A DNA stretch of 64,000 bases from Auanema rhodensis (taxonomy: Eukaryota; Animalia; Nematoda): assembly GCA_964057225.1 (NCBI GenBank), contig OZ059897.1, positions 7,006,001 through 7,070,000 on the forward strand. The letters run 5' to 3'. The position numbers and the translations under genes were made by a program. Positions 53,139-64,000 of this stretch are shown here, in pieces. Positions within the stretch are counted from its first letter, which is position 1, and the number at the start of each line of letters is the position of its first letter. The notes beneath the pieces were generated by a model. That model ran no database searches. It was given only the letters and a program-made list of their open reading frames with translations, and was not told the origin of the DNA.

Positions 53139-55678
53139 CTAAGCCATCAGCACTACCATGATGATCCTAGCGATCATTGGATTCAAGAAAATCTTTTGGG
53201 ACAATTGAGACAGATAAACTTATTGATAGAGAAGATTTCGTTTAAGAGAAGATCATGTAATAACGGGAAAGAAAACTATTGTTGTAATCAACGCTTAAAC
53301 GCTATTAGCTTCTTAAAGTTTCAAGAATTTTCAATGAAAAAGTGCTAAAAGACCACAATTGATTCATTAAAACTTTTACAGAAAATATGATGATATGTGG
53401 AAAAAAGTCAAAAATCATGAAATAAATCAAAAAGTTTTTTTTTTTCGTTTATTTGAAAACAGAAGAGAAAGGGATGTGTGTACATCTGGAGGAAGAGAGA
53501 GAGGGAGCGAAGGAGAGAGAGGGAGGGAGAGAGAGAAAGAGTGAGAAAGTAGATGAGATAAGGAAAATTTAAAAAATAAATTTATATCAGACATTGGATG
53601 AGTGAACGTCCTTATATGTGTTACTTGTCGAAGGCACTGTCGTGTCTGTATCAAAAAAGAACATTATAAGCAGAATATAATATTGAATAAGATGTTATAT
53701 AATGTGGATTTCACAGCTCAAAACCAAAAAAATAATCAAAAAAAAGAAAAAAGAATGTTGACGTGGAATTGGTGAAGGATGCAGCGTGAAGCAGAGCGTT
53801 TCCGCCAGATTAGAACTCCTGCAGCCAGACGATAACTGACTGAGGATTTGAAGTTGAAAACAGCAAACTGAAAACGTAATTCATAAACCAAATTATGAAG
53901 ATGGCGGCTATGGCGACTGCTGCAACATCAGTATATGGCGTAAACTGTGGATGAAGCCAAGGGCGACTCGACCGCTTCTTCTTCTTCTTCATATCCTTCG
54001 TCGTCAGCTTCTTCATTCTTTCATCATTTTGGGGCTTGATCTAACTCTCATATACATGCATACACTCACAGATAGCTATCTTTAGCTTCTATCTCTTCCT
54101 ATCTGCCTCCATATATGGCTAAATATCTCTGTCTCAAGTCTCATTCTCTCGTATCTCTCTCCCTCGCTTCATCGTTTTCCCAAGCATAATGTCTTTTCTC
54201 AAGCCGGCTCTCTAATCTTTCAGCTTACCCAATCACGGTCAACGTATGGCCTAGCCAGACATCATCATGTAACCACGAAATGGTCGCCATACGATTTGCC
54301 GTTTTCGCATTCAAAACGTAATCAAACAAGAAATTTGTGGATTTCCCAGCAAAAAGATTGGTCCAATACACCCATATGATACAATGGCTGTCTATCATAC
54401 AATAGAAAGCTTTTTTTTGAATATTGAGCGTTAGCTTGTGCATGTTTGACGACGATTCTCATAAATCCTACCATGCTCAGACTGATTACAACTGATTGGC
54501 TAGGCTTCCTTATCTATGTTTATGATCAAACAATAGATTCTCATAAAATCTTGTATGATTTACAAGAAATTTTCACAGGGCACAGATAGAAAGAGAGAGA
54601 GAGACATAGAGAGAAAGAGAGGTTTCTTCTGCGAAAACAGCTCCATCTAGTATATCAGAAATTCATGTTTTATTTCGACATCTCTATACTTCAATACCAA
54701 CAAAGAGGAATTGGAAGGTGTTTTGACGTCCATTACGAGAATGGCACGACAAGGTAGTTCGAAAACCGTTGACAAGGAAACATTATCTAGTTGCTTAATT
54801 CAAGAATAGAATTTCGAAAGAAGATACAACTTGGCAGAATACGAAAAAAACAAAAAAAGGGCTGAATGAAAGAGTTCATGAGCCTATTTAATCTTTCAGT
54901 TCTTGTTTGTTGTTGTCCTCAAAATTATTTTAAACCTCCACCTCCATCGTCGGCATATATTAGTGCGTCGTCAAAGTAGAAAAGACTTATTAGGATTACG
55001 GCAGATTTTCACATAACGGGAGGGGGGGGGGGGGAGTGGCGGAAAAAGAGAAGGGATTGTCAGAAAATCCTTGACCAAACGAGTGGAACATTCAACTGAT
55101 TTAGAAAAAAAGTTTCATTACTTCAATGGTATGATGAATGAAGTTAATCGATCGAAAATCATGGAAATGAAAATCAGTCGGGTAAGGAAGAAAGCTGAAA
55201 CCTAATCAGTTTTTACTTATCTGAACAGATAATATGATGAAAAAATGAAGGAGAGAAGGAAAAATAGACAAAAGGCGGGTGAGAGAGAGAGAGAGAGATA
55301 GAGAGAGAGAAAGAGATCGAAAGGGAGAGAGAGAGAGATAGTTCTATTCGGATTTTTGTGAACGAAAACGGACGGCACCTCCCATCTGACGAAGACCATT
55401 CTTATTTAATACTTTGAATGAAATTGAATCGGTTGAATTCAATAAGAAGCACATGTGCTGAACGGTTGTTTTCTAATTTAAAATTATTGTTTACGAGGTT
55501 TAGAAGGTCTTTCCTGGAACGCAGATGTATGTATTGGAGGTGAAATAACATCTGACCAAATTTCAATCCATTCAAATGCCATATAAAAGACCAAAGTGAT
55601 GATAGAAATAAAGAAAAATGAACGAGTGAATAACTTCCAATGATATCATGTTGTTTTCTGATCGAGACAACCTTTCGT

Positions 55679-55680
<2 letters not shown>

Positions 55681-55742
<62 letters not shown>
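55681..55742 (+). repeat. (AG)~31 microsatellite
   Basis: Read directly from the sequence. Confidence 0.95.
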
Positions 55743-55745
<3 letters not shown>

Positions 55746-56442
55746 AAGACATTAGTGTTGCTTTGAGACGAAAGCTGGATAAGCATTTATAGATCTTCTG
55801 TGTTTAATATAAAGTTCACAACAAGCTAAGTTCAGCTGTTGTTCTCTCTAAACACACGTTCAAAAGCTTTATTAGAAACAAAGAGAGAGAGAGAGAATAG
55901 TTGAACGAGGAAAGAAAATTTGATGGTTCATCCTGTAAAGAAACGAATTTGGAATCTAAAACGGAAAAATGAGATACATATTAATGCATGTTAAAGCAGC
56001 CAGAATGAGAATAACCGAAAAGAAATTGAAAATAATATTGAAAATAAGAAAAATTGAAAAGAAAAACAACGTGTGGCGTACAGTTAATGTTGAGTCGAAG
56101 AGAATGAGAGACAGAGAGAGAGAGAGGGGGGGAGAGAAAGAGAGAGTAAGAGATCTATAGTGAAACTAAACTGAGAAAACTATAAGATAATGAAAACGAA
56201 GAAAGTTGAAAAAAGACCAAATAAATTCAAATAATGTGATCTCATTGGATTCGGTGAGCCACAAAATTTTTCCGTCGGATCAAACTAACTGATCCTACGA
56301 TTTTCAATTCTTTTTCGAGATTTTCTAATTTTTTGCTACAAATATTAGTTTCAAACATCGGAGGGATTATTCGGAAGAGATATTCTTAGAACAAGTAAAT
56401 GCCAATGACAAATTCTGGAGCGAAAAGAGAAAAAAGACGTAC

Positions 56443-56491
56443 CTCGATAGCCTTGATTATCAACCTGAGATGACGGTTTCGCACCCATCAT
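56443..56491 (-). CDS. Distal alternative first coding exon of the SPSB gene (MMGAKPSSQVDNQGYR)
   Basis: TTTCAG acceptor ending at 56501, ATG 9 nt into the exon, donor G|GTACGT at 56443/56442 in phase 1, matching the phase-1 acceptor at 43260. The MG-x-K-x-S start resembles the MGQK(I/V)(S/T) N-termini of SPSB/Gustavus proteins. Confidence 0.65.
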
Positions 56492-59400
56492 AGACCGGCT
56501 CTGAAATTAGAAAAATATAAGAAAATGACTGATTAATGTACTGAATATCCTAAGTTGCAACAGATTTTGAAAACAGTTTGGAGTGGGCGATGAGACGAGT
56601 GTAGGAAAATATTTTTTCAATGTACAAGAGGATGAAAGATAAAGCAATAAGAAGATGGAAGAGAAGAGTAAATCTTCAAAAAAAAAGTTTTTGGAGGGAA
56701 ATGTTCAGAAGTTTTGATTGTTGAGTCTTGAGACTGGCAATGTCATCAAAACGTTTGTGTGTCTGTTTGCGCGTCTTGGCTAAGTTAACGCCACAATCAA
56801 ACTATTACCAAGAAAACTTTTGTAAACGCCTAAAAGGTTTTAACGATTGGTATTGGAAAAGCGGGAGAACAGAAAGAAAAATATATAAAGAGAAAAGATG
56901 TTTATACATCAAAGTAAAAGAGAGAGGAAAAGAGAGAGAGAGAGGGAGAGTGATTGAGAGAGAGGGGGGAGAGAGAATAGAAAGGAAGTTATGAGGTTGA
57001 ACATAGTGGCATTGTGAGTAAGGCGGAAAAAAGTACAAAAAATGATTGAAAGTAACTACCTAATATGTTTAAAAAACGAAGTATAAAGTCTTTCGAAATA
57101 GAGGTGAAAGTTGGAAAAAACTATTGAAAGCCTGTCAGGCCCAGACACATACATACATGTACACTCGCTTACAAATGACGAGGAGCGTTACAGATGCTTG
57201 AAGACATGATTACTATGCCACTTTCCATATGATTTAACTACAAGTTTTGAGAGTGAATGAGCGAGAATTTGACAAACTAAAGTTCGAAGAAGATAGAGAA
57301 AGACAACTGTCTCATCGAAAGAGAAAATCATTATGACCCTGGAGATTGTTCATCATCAAGCGACATATGTCTCTACTTCATGCCGTGAACAGCCATATAT
57401 AGATAGAATGAGATTCAAAGAGTTGCATGTTATGTTATGAACGAAGATTTTGCTTCTCAAATTGCCTCCCAACTTGAAAATTGGCCAAGTTGCAGATCTT
57501 TTCGCATAAACCGAATGGAAGAATACATTAGAAAAGTGTTGAAGGATTGAATATCAGTAGTAATTGAAAAAGAATAAGAAGAAAAAGAAGAACATCAAAT
57601 TGCCAAGCAAAAAAAAAAGAAATTGAGAGGTTTGTTTAATGTGAGTTGGTACAGAAACCGGTTAACCCTTCCCAGCATAGGTTCCACACACGAATAATCG
57701 ACCAAAAAAAAACGTTTAGATGAGGTCTGGGCAGCAGCATCAGCATGAACAGGCAGAAATTCGTAGGCAAAGCTGGACATTACATGTTGTAATTGATTAA
57801 AAATTATATAAACTGTATAGATATATGTGGAGGACGCAGAATCTTGAGACATGTGTTGTCTATATGTGAGGCATACGACGTGAATGATGACGTCATAATG
57901 CCTGGAGAGGAATGGAGATCAGCATCACAGAAAAGGAAGGAGAAGAAGAAAAAGAAGAGATAAATCTGTCAACATTGGACAATAGCAAGAGAAAAGCAAG
58001 AGCCATCGATATGAAGTGAAAAAGAAAAAAAAAGAGAAAATGTGTCCTTCTCTATGTATCTTCTGCTGTTTATACATATATATGTGTGTATGTGCCTGTG
58101 TGTATGTGTATGTATGTGTGTGTGTATCTGGTAGAATTTCACTGATAAACTGAATGAGGTAGAAAATGCAAAATATAATTGAAAAAGAAGAAAATTAGAC
58201 AAGCAAATATACAAGGGGAGAATGGAAGGAACACGTACTTCGCTACGTTTCAGACACACAGTTACCAAACAAATCTTCGAAAAGTATGTTTTACCTTTCA
58301 CATTTTGAAGATGTTGATGGCTGAAGAACTACATAATGATAAGAATGATGCTGATTAACGAATGGAATGCATTACTTTTCACGAAAGATCATCGTTTTGG
58401 GAGTTAACATCATCGCATGATTGCGGAAGGTCAACTTTCAGGAAAGGACAACATACGTTCAGAAAAAGAACATCAACCAGTAGTGGTAGTAGTAGTAGCC
58501 CAAGCAATATGTTTAAAACAAAACAAGCTGCTATACAGTAAATGATCAAACTAAGCGGAAAAAATGTCGCACTAAAGTTTCAGAATTGATTTAGAAATGG
58601 TAGAAAAGTGCCCTATTAGGGCGAGGCTGCATTGGTACTGTTAATATGATGAGAGCAAGTCAGAAAAAAAAAGTAACAAAAAGCTGAAATATTCACTGAC
58701 ACTACTCCACAATCTTAAAATCGTTAAGCAGAGAATGAGAGAAAAAGAGAGAAACAAAGAAAATGACAGAATAAACTCAAAAAACATTGATAATTGCTGG
58801 CGAAGAGTGGACTGAAGTCAATGAGACTATGAGCTACTAGGATTTTTTTTCCTGCTGCTGCTTGCTAAGAATAAAGGCCAAAAATCGTCACGAAGGGTTG
58901 AATTCGAGATACCGGTAAGAGTCTTAATGATTATTTAGTGAGAAAATCAAAAAATCAATGTGAATTCTCAAAAAAAAGTTTTTCAACTGATTCAGCAAAA
59001 AGGCTACAGGCTTGATAATTCTCTGATAAATGTAGAAAAAGACAGCTGATCAGACCTGAAATAACAGCCAAATTGTCGTGAAGCGATTGACAACCGTCTA
59101 TGATGATTGGCAGACGATAGCTGTTACAACAAAGGTTGCAATTATAATTTGAAATAGAAATGTTCATTAAGACATTTTTGGTTTTAACTGATTATGAAGG
59201 ATGGAAGAAAGCCGCAAAGTAACAATACGTGCAGTTGTGATAGAATCTGGTCCTGGCTCTCAAATGTGTCAGGTAAGTGAACGACAGATGAAAAATTGAA
59301 TGAAAAAAATAAAAATAAAAAGTAAATAAGAGCGAAGTTGGAAAAACATTAAAATTATTGTAAGGAGAGACTATAAACTTTTTCAAGCGTAACAAGTATC

Positions 59401-62400
59401 AATATGCCTTCCTTATTTTTTCTTCGCAACGAATGTAAGAAGAAAAAAATGAATAAAACTCCACCCCATCCAAAAAAAAACAGGATTTCAGTTAAAAACA
59501 TCACAATAAAGAATGAAAAAAAAATAAAAAATACTGGTCAACATTTTGAATTGGGCTGAAATAGAGTAGTAACGAATACGACATTTTGAACTGTTGCAAA
59601 AGCTTTGAGCTTTTTTTCGGCTATACTTCATGTTATCAAGTAACAGAAAGTAAAGTAAAAGGCTTGCAATAAGATTGAAAAATTATTCGATCAGAGTTCA
59701 ATGCTTCTGGAAAAATAAAGAAAACGATGAAAATATGAGCAAAGTAAAAGAAAATGCAAAAATAGGATTGACCCTAGAAACGAACGTGAATGTTGCGTGA
59801 TAGTAGTTGGAGAGTTTTTTTGACGATAACTATGAAATGAAAAAACGGCAATACAGCAAAATCTTAGAAATTCAGAGATGGAACGTATGATAAATAAGAG
59901 AAGATCAAAGTCAGCGAGCACTGTAAGGTAAACAAGATGTGAGGTACGCATTTTGAAATCATCCCTCAGGGTAAAAAAATTGCAAAACGACGTCACACAT
60001 ACTTGCGCAATCCGGGAAGCGAGGTTGACGTCTCCTGTTCAAGACACAAATTTTGTATGGAGGTTCTGTGTGTTTGAACGCTGGTTCATGTGTCTTCTCG
60101 TCGCACCCTGATCAAACAAAGACACGAAACGGAAAAGCACAACCCGGCAGCTGAACTAACTCCGTCTACAGAGCTTCAAGTACAAGGCAAGAAAAAAATT
60201 CGAATAATGAGAAGGTTGTTTGATCCGGAAAAAAACAGAAGCGAAACGGTTGAAGGGAAATATTGAGCAACAACCACAAAAAGCGACACAACCGCTCAAT
60301 ACGTCTGCAACGCGAAAATACAAACTGCATTTAGACGCAAGGATCACGTAAACTTTCATGCAAAATTCACGTGTCAATGGCATACACAACGAGAAAAAAC
60401 GACAAAATACAAAAATGCTAGCAGCAGGAGTTTCAAATGATATTGTTACATAACAAGCTGAACTGGAATGAACAGGCTGGCTTGCTAATTAATAGACAAG
60501 CGTGATTCTCTAATGTCAAAATGTTATATAACGATGTGAAAAGATGAAGAAGAAGAAGAAGAAGAAGAAACAAAAACGATTTAAAGAAAAGAAGATGATT
60601 CGCTTTTTCTTACGTGATGATTAACTACATATATCAATTCCGGACAAAAATTAATAAGATTGAGTGAATAAGATTGAGGAAACGAAGGAAAAAAGAAAAA
60701 AAAGAATAGAAAACCAGTATATAGCGAAGAAAAATTTGAAAGAAGCAACAGCTGTATTCAATCTGGATATCGCTTGACCGAGCTTAATGACATATGAGCG
60801 AAAAGGTCGTTCAGAAGAATATACTCATAGTTCATAGATACTAGCTTATCTTCCGCACTGAAGTCATTGTTGTTGTATTTTTCTCACGAAAATCAAGAAA
60901 AAACTAATTGCGTTTCTTGAGATTGCGAACATCAGATTCATATTGCTTGTTCAAGCGTTATGATTGAAGCATAAACTTTAGAACTCACATGAAGTACGAA
61001 AACGTAATTTGGGTACGAAATGAACAAAAGCTAACGTGGGAATAACATCACACAAGTACATTTATAGAAATTAATGGCAACTAAAAGAGCGATGAACGAG
61101 TAGAAGACACATAGTATGATGTGATTACAGAAATCAGCTGGCGCAAACAATATTGAAATAAGCCAAACACGGTACAAGAAGAGCCGTAAACTGAAGACAC
61201 TATGTGAATCTTAAGAGCAGCCTCATCATCACTAAGAAAAGTTGTGTTGCGTTTCATGCAAAAAGATAAGGCTTGAAAAGAGCAAAAAACTGAGAAGAAA
61301 AACTTCAGAGAGAGAGAGAGAGAAGAGTTCATAAGAGAAAAATAATTTCACTAGAAAAGACCTATCGACCAGCTGATGATTGATAAGGGTTATCTCCGTA
61401 AAACAAGGTACGACGATGAACACGCTTTGGCAAAACAATGGTATGATGAGGAGAGGCGAAATATTGAAATATTGAACAGGATGGAAGAGATACAAGTATG
61501 ATACATACAAAGGAATGTACATAAAAGTGAAGAATTGAGGTGGAATTGGGTTCGTAATCAATGTTTAGCAGCATGCAATCATGAGAAGCTCTAAATTCTT
61601 TCAAAACGAACATCATGTAGTATATATCATTGAAATGAGAGAAGCGGAAGATACAATGATTTGGAGCATTCATACGCAGAGATATCACACGAAATAACAT
61701 CAATCCTTTGTGATATCTAAGAAATACTACCAGCTGAGAGTAGTGTAGCGCCTGTTGGACCACCAAGCTCTGCCAGAGCGAAGAGAAAATGACGAAAAGC
61801 CGAGAGACAATACGAAATGGAGAAAGCTAGAAGAAAGGAGGGAGGGAAAAGTGAGAGATGAAGTGAACAAGGTGTGCATTGGGAATGCAAACGTCATGAA
61901 ACTATGCTGCTTTTTGATTTGATGTGACTAGGTAGTCAATTCAATATTAGTTTTAGAGAAAAAAAAGAATAATATAGAAGAAAAGCATAATACATGATTT
62001 AGTTAATAATACTTTTTAACAAAAAAAAAGAAAAAAATACGATCAAGAGTAAGAAGGGGGGGGAGGGGGAGAGAAGAGGATGAAATGAATTATGAGAAGA
62101 AAAAGAAGAATAAGAAGACAAAATAAAACAAAAAACCTGAGATAATACATAATTATCGTTTATTACATGTTTCTGCCTTCATATAAAGCGTTGTAAGGCC
62201 AAAGCCTGTTCACAACTTTAGTCCATAAAAGGGAAAGTTTTTAAGGTTCAATGCAGTCTGAAGACGAAGTGGGACTGACGTGCTACTCGATTTTGCATCC
62301 GACAGGCTTCAGCTTTCAAAACTAAAGATTGGAAACTGTTTTAAAGGAATCGCTGCTGACAATGCAATTGTGAATGCAAAATTTGGTTTTTTTATAAAAA

Positions 62401-64000
62401 TAGAAGAGGACTTTAGAAAAACATAATCATAGCTGATCGAAAAAGGGAATCTGGCGCAAGAGCGAAGTGAAAACGTTAAGGAACAAGATGGGACGACTGG
62501 TTCCGACAGTTGCCTTTGCCAACAATATTTTCGATTGTCTTAGAGAGTGAGAGGAAAATTATGGAAGAAACAGAGAGGAATTGAGAAAAAGAGGAAGTAG
62601 TAGAAGGAAAAAGGGTGGATATCCAAGAAATTTTGAACACAGGCATTCTGGCTTCTAACTTTTAAATGAGAGGAAACTAAAGCAAGACGGCTTAAAAACT
62701 CGTCATAGCTTGGGATTAATCCAAAGAAAAAAAGAAAAAATGATGAGTAGAAAGCGTTTTATAAATATATGAATATATAATCAACTATTTGGATTGAGAA
62801 GCCAACATAAGGGGATTGCAAGTTTGGTTATAAACACAAGTTGAACGAGGACATAGTGAAGGCAGGCAGCTAACAGAAAACAAAAGCAAACCTTGAAAAG
62901 GTGAGATATATGAAGAAAAAGGAGAGCAAGGAAGGGAACGAGTGTGTTGAGGCAGATAGAAAATTTCGAAAATCGTGCAGTATTCGGAAAAAACGAAACG
63001 AGAGATAATGAAGAGCAATATAGAATTCTGAAGTTGGGGCATAACAGGGACACAAGCAGAACAATTCTGGAGTGCCGCTGCAAGCTTCATAATCCAAAAA
63101 TCCAACTGACACCTTGAGAAGAATCGAGAACAAAGATAATATTATAAAAGTCAGAAACGAACGATGCATGCCTCATCTGACACAAAGAGATCAGAGAGCT
63201 AAACAAATATATTATTAATCAAGGAGTCAAATGGATACTGAATTTCTAGCTAAAAATGCTCAAAATCACAAATCCGTATTGCTTTTATGCTGCTAACTTG
63301 TAGCATATGCAGGATATGCTGCTGCAGATGAGTTGAAATCAACGAATTAAGAATCTGGGATAAAAGAGAATTGAGGGGGTACGAACGTCTAGATTATCCG
63401 CTTGATGACTTTAAGTCATTGCACATGTAGGAAGTCGAAACGTTGCTAAATCGTTCTCTGGAAAAGCCGGAAGACTAGCTTTCGATGGAACGACACGTCA
63501 AAGCGCGCTAACATTCCGGAGTTGGAAACAAGGACAGGAGCAAAGCCATCGACACAGTGAGCTGTCTCATTCTCTCGTACACCACTCGTCTATCGTTTCA
63601 GCGAACTGAGCAAACATAAGCAGAACTCGGACACCACGTGAAGCAATTTTCTACAATCGCTTTCCTCAATCCATGGTTTTGCGAGAGCGCAGAAAAGAAC
63701 GGGTGAGAGCGATCAAGTGAATGGGTGAGTATGAAAAAGAACTGTTGAAAGATCTTTACATTTCCGGATTTTCCGTTTCAGCCGGAACGCTAATATTGCT
63801 GTCTCCGTGATATTTCACGCGCTTGTCGCCTCTTAAGGCCACAATGAAGCCCCCGCATGTTTTGTAAAAGTGATATCTATCTCAGCAAGAGATCAAAAAA
63901 TGAAAAGAAGTGACAAGTTAGGCAAAATGTAATAAATGTTTTTTCCATCTATACATGGAACATCAATATGTCACATTGCACATTGGACCAGATAATCTGG

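Noticed and set aside
35259-57895. Three perfect TGACGTCA (CRE) palindromes near 35259, 39107 and 57888
   Set aside because: Scattered, too few to distinguish from chance, not tied to a defined promoter.
50300-64000. Many 60-130 aa ORFs rich in Leu-Ser, Arg-Glu, Phe or His
   Set aside because: Translations of GA/CT/CAT microsatellites and purine-skewed non-coding DNA, with no domains or consistent exon structure.

Overview
AT-rich eukaryotic DNA that reads as a rhabditid-type nematode genome: introns of about 40-50 nt, TTTCAG/TTTTAG acceptors, a cuticle collagen and Str/Srh chemoreceptors. The species cannot be named from the sequence. Left ~35 kb, gene-dense: 5' end of an EPS15/ehs-1 gene (-), a divergent UTP20 gene (+, about 57 exons) whose single 6.9-kb intron holds a complete antisense chaoptin-like LRR gene, an Str GPCR, a cuticle collagen, a kinesin-13 (klp-7/MCAK), an Srh/Sri GPCR, a short Maverick/Polinton-protease-like fragment and a protist-type lysozyme-like gene. 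36-39 kb, transposon cluster: a Bel/Pao LTR with a Gag zinc-knuckle remnant joined to a dead mariner transposase, a TAA-flanked foldback MITE and a TTAA-flanked piggyBac-type MITE. Right ~24 kb, rich in GA microsatellites, holds one recognisable gene: an SPSB/gustavus (SPRY + SOCS box) E3 adaptor (-). It appears to have two alternative first exons (one tiny, with a myristoylation-type start) and a possible SOCS-box-less read-through C-terminus. Several features (ehs-1 exons, most of the lysozyme, the SPSB distal exon, the protease fragment, the LTR and MITEs) are absent from the ORF track and were read by hand. No tRNA, rRNA, SL RNA or CRISPR array was seen. I cannot show a wholly new system; the best leads are the modular SPSB locus, the nested gene, the mariner-Gag-LTR chimera and the Maverick-like fragment.
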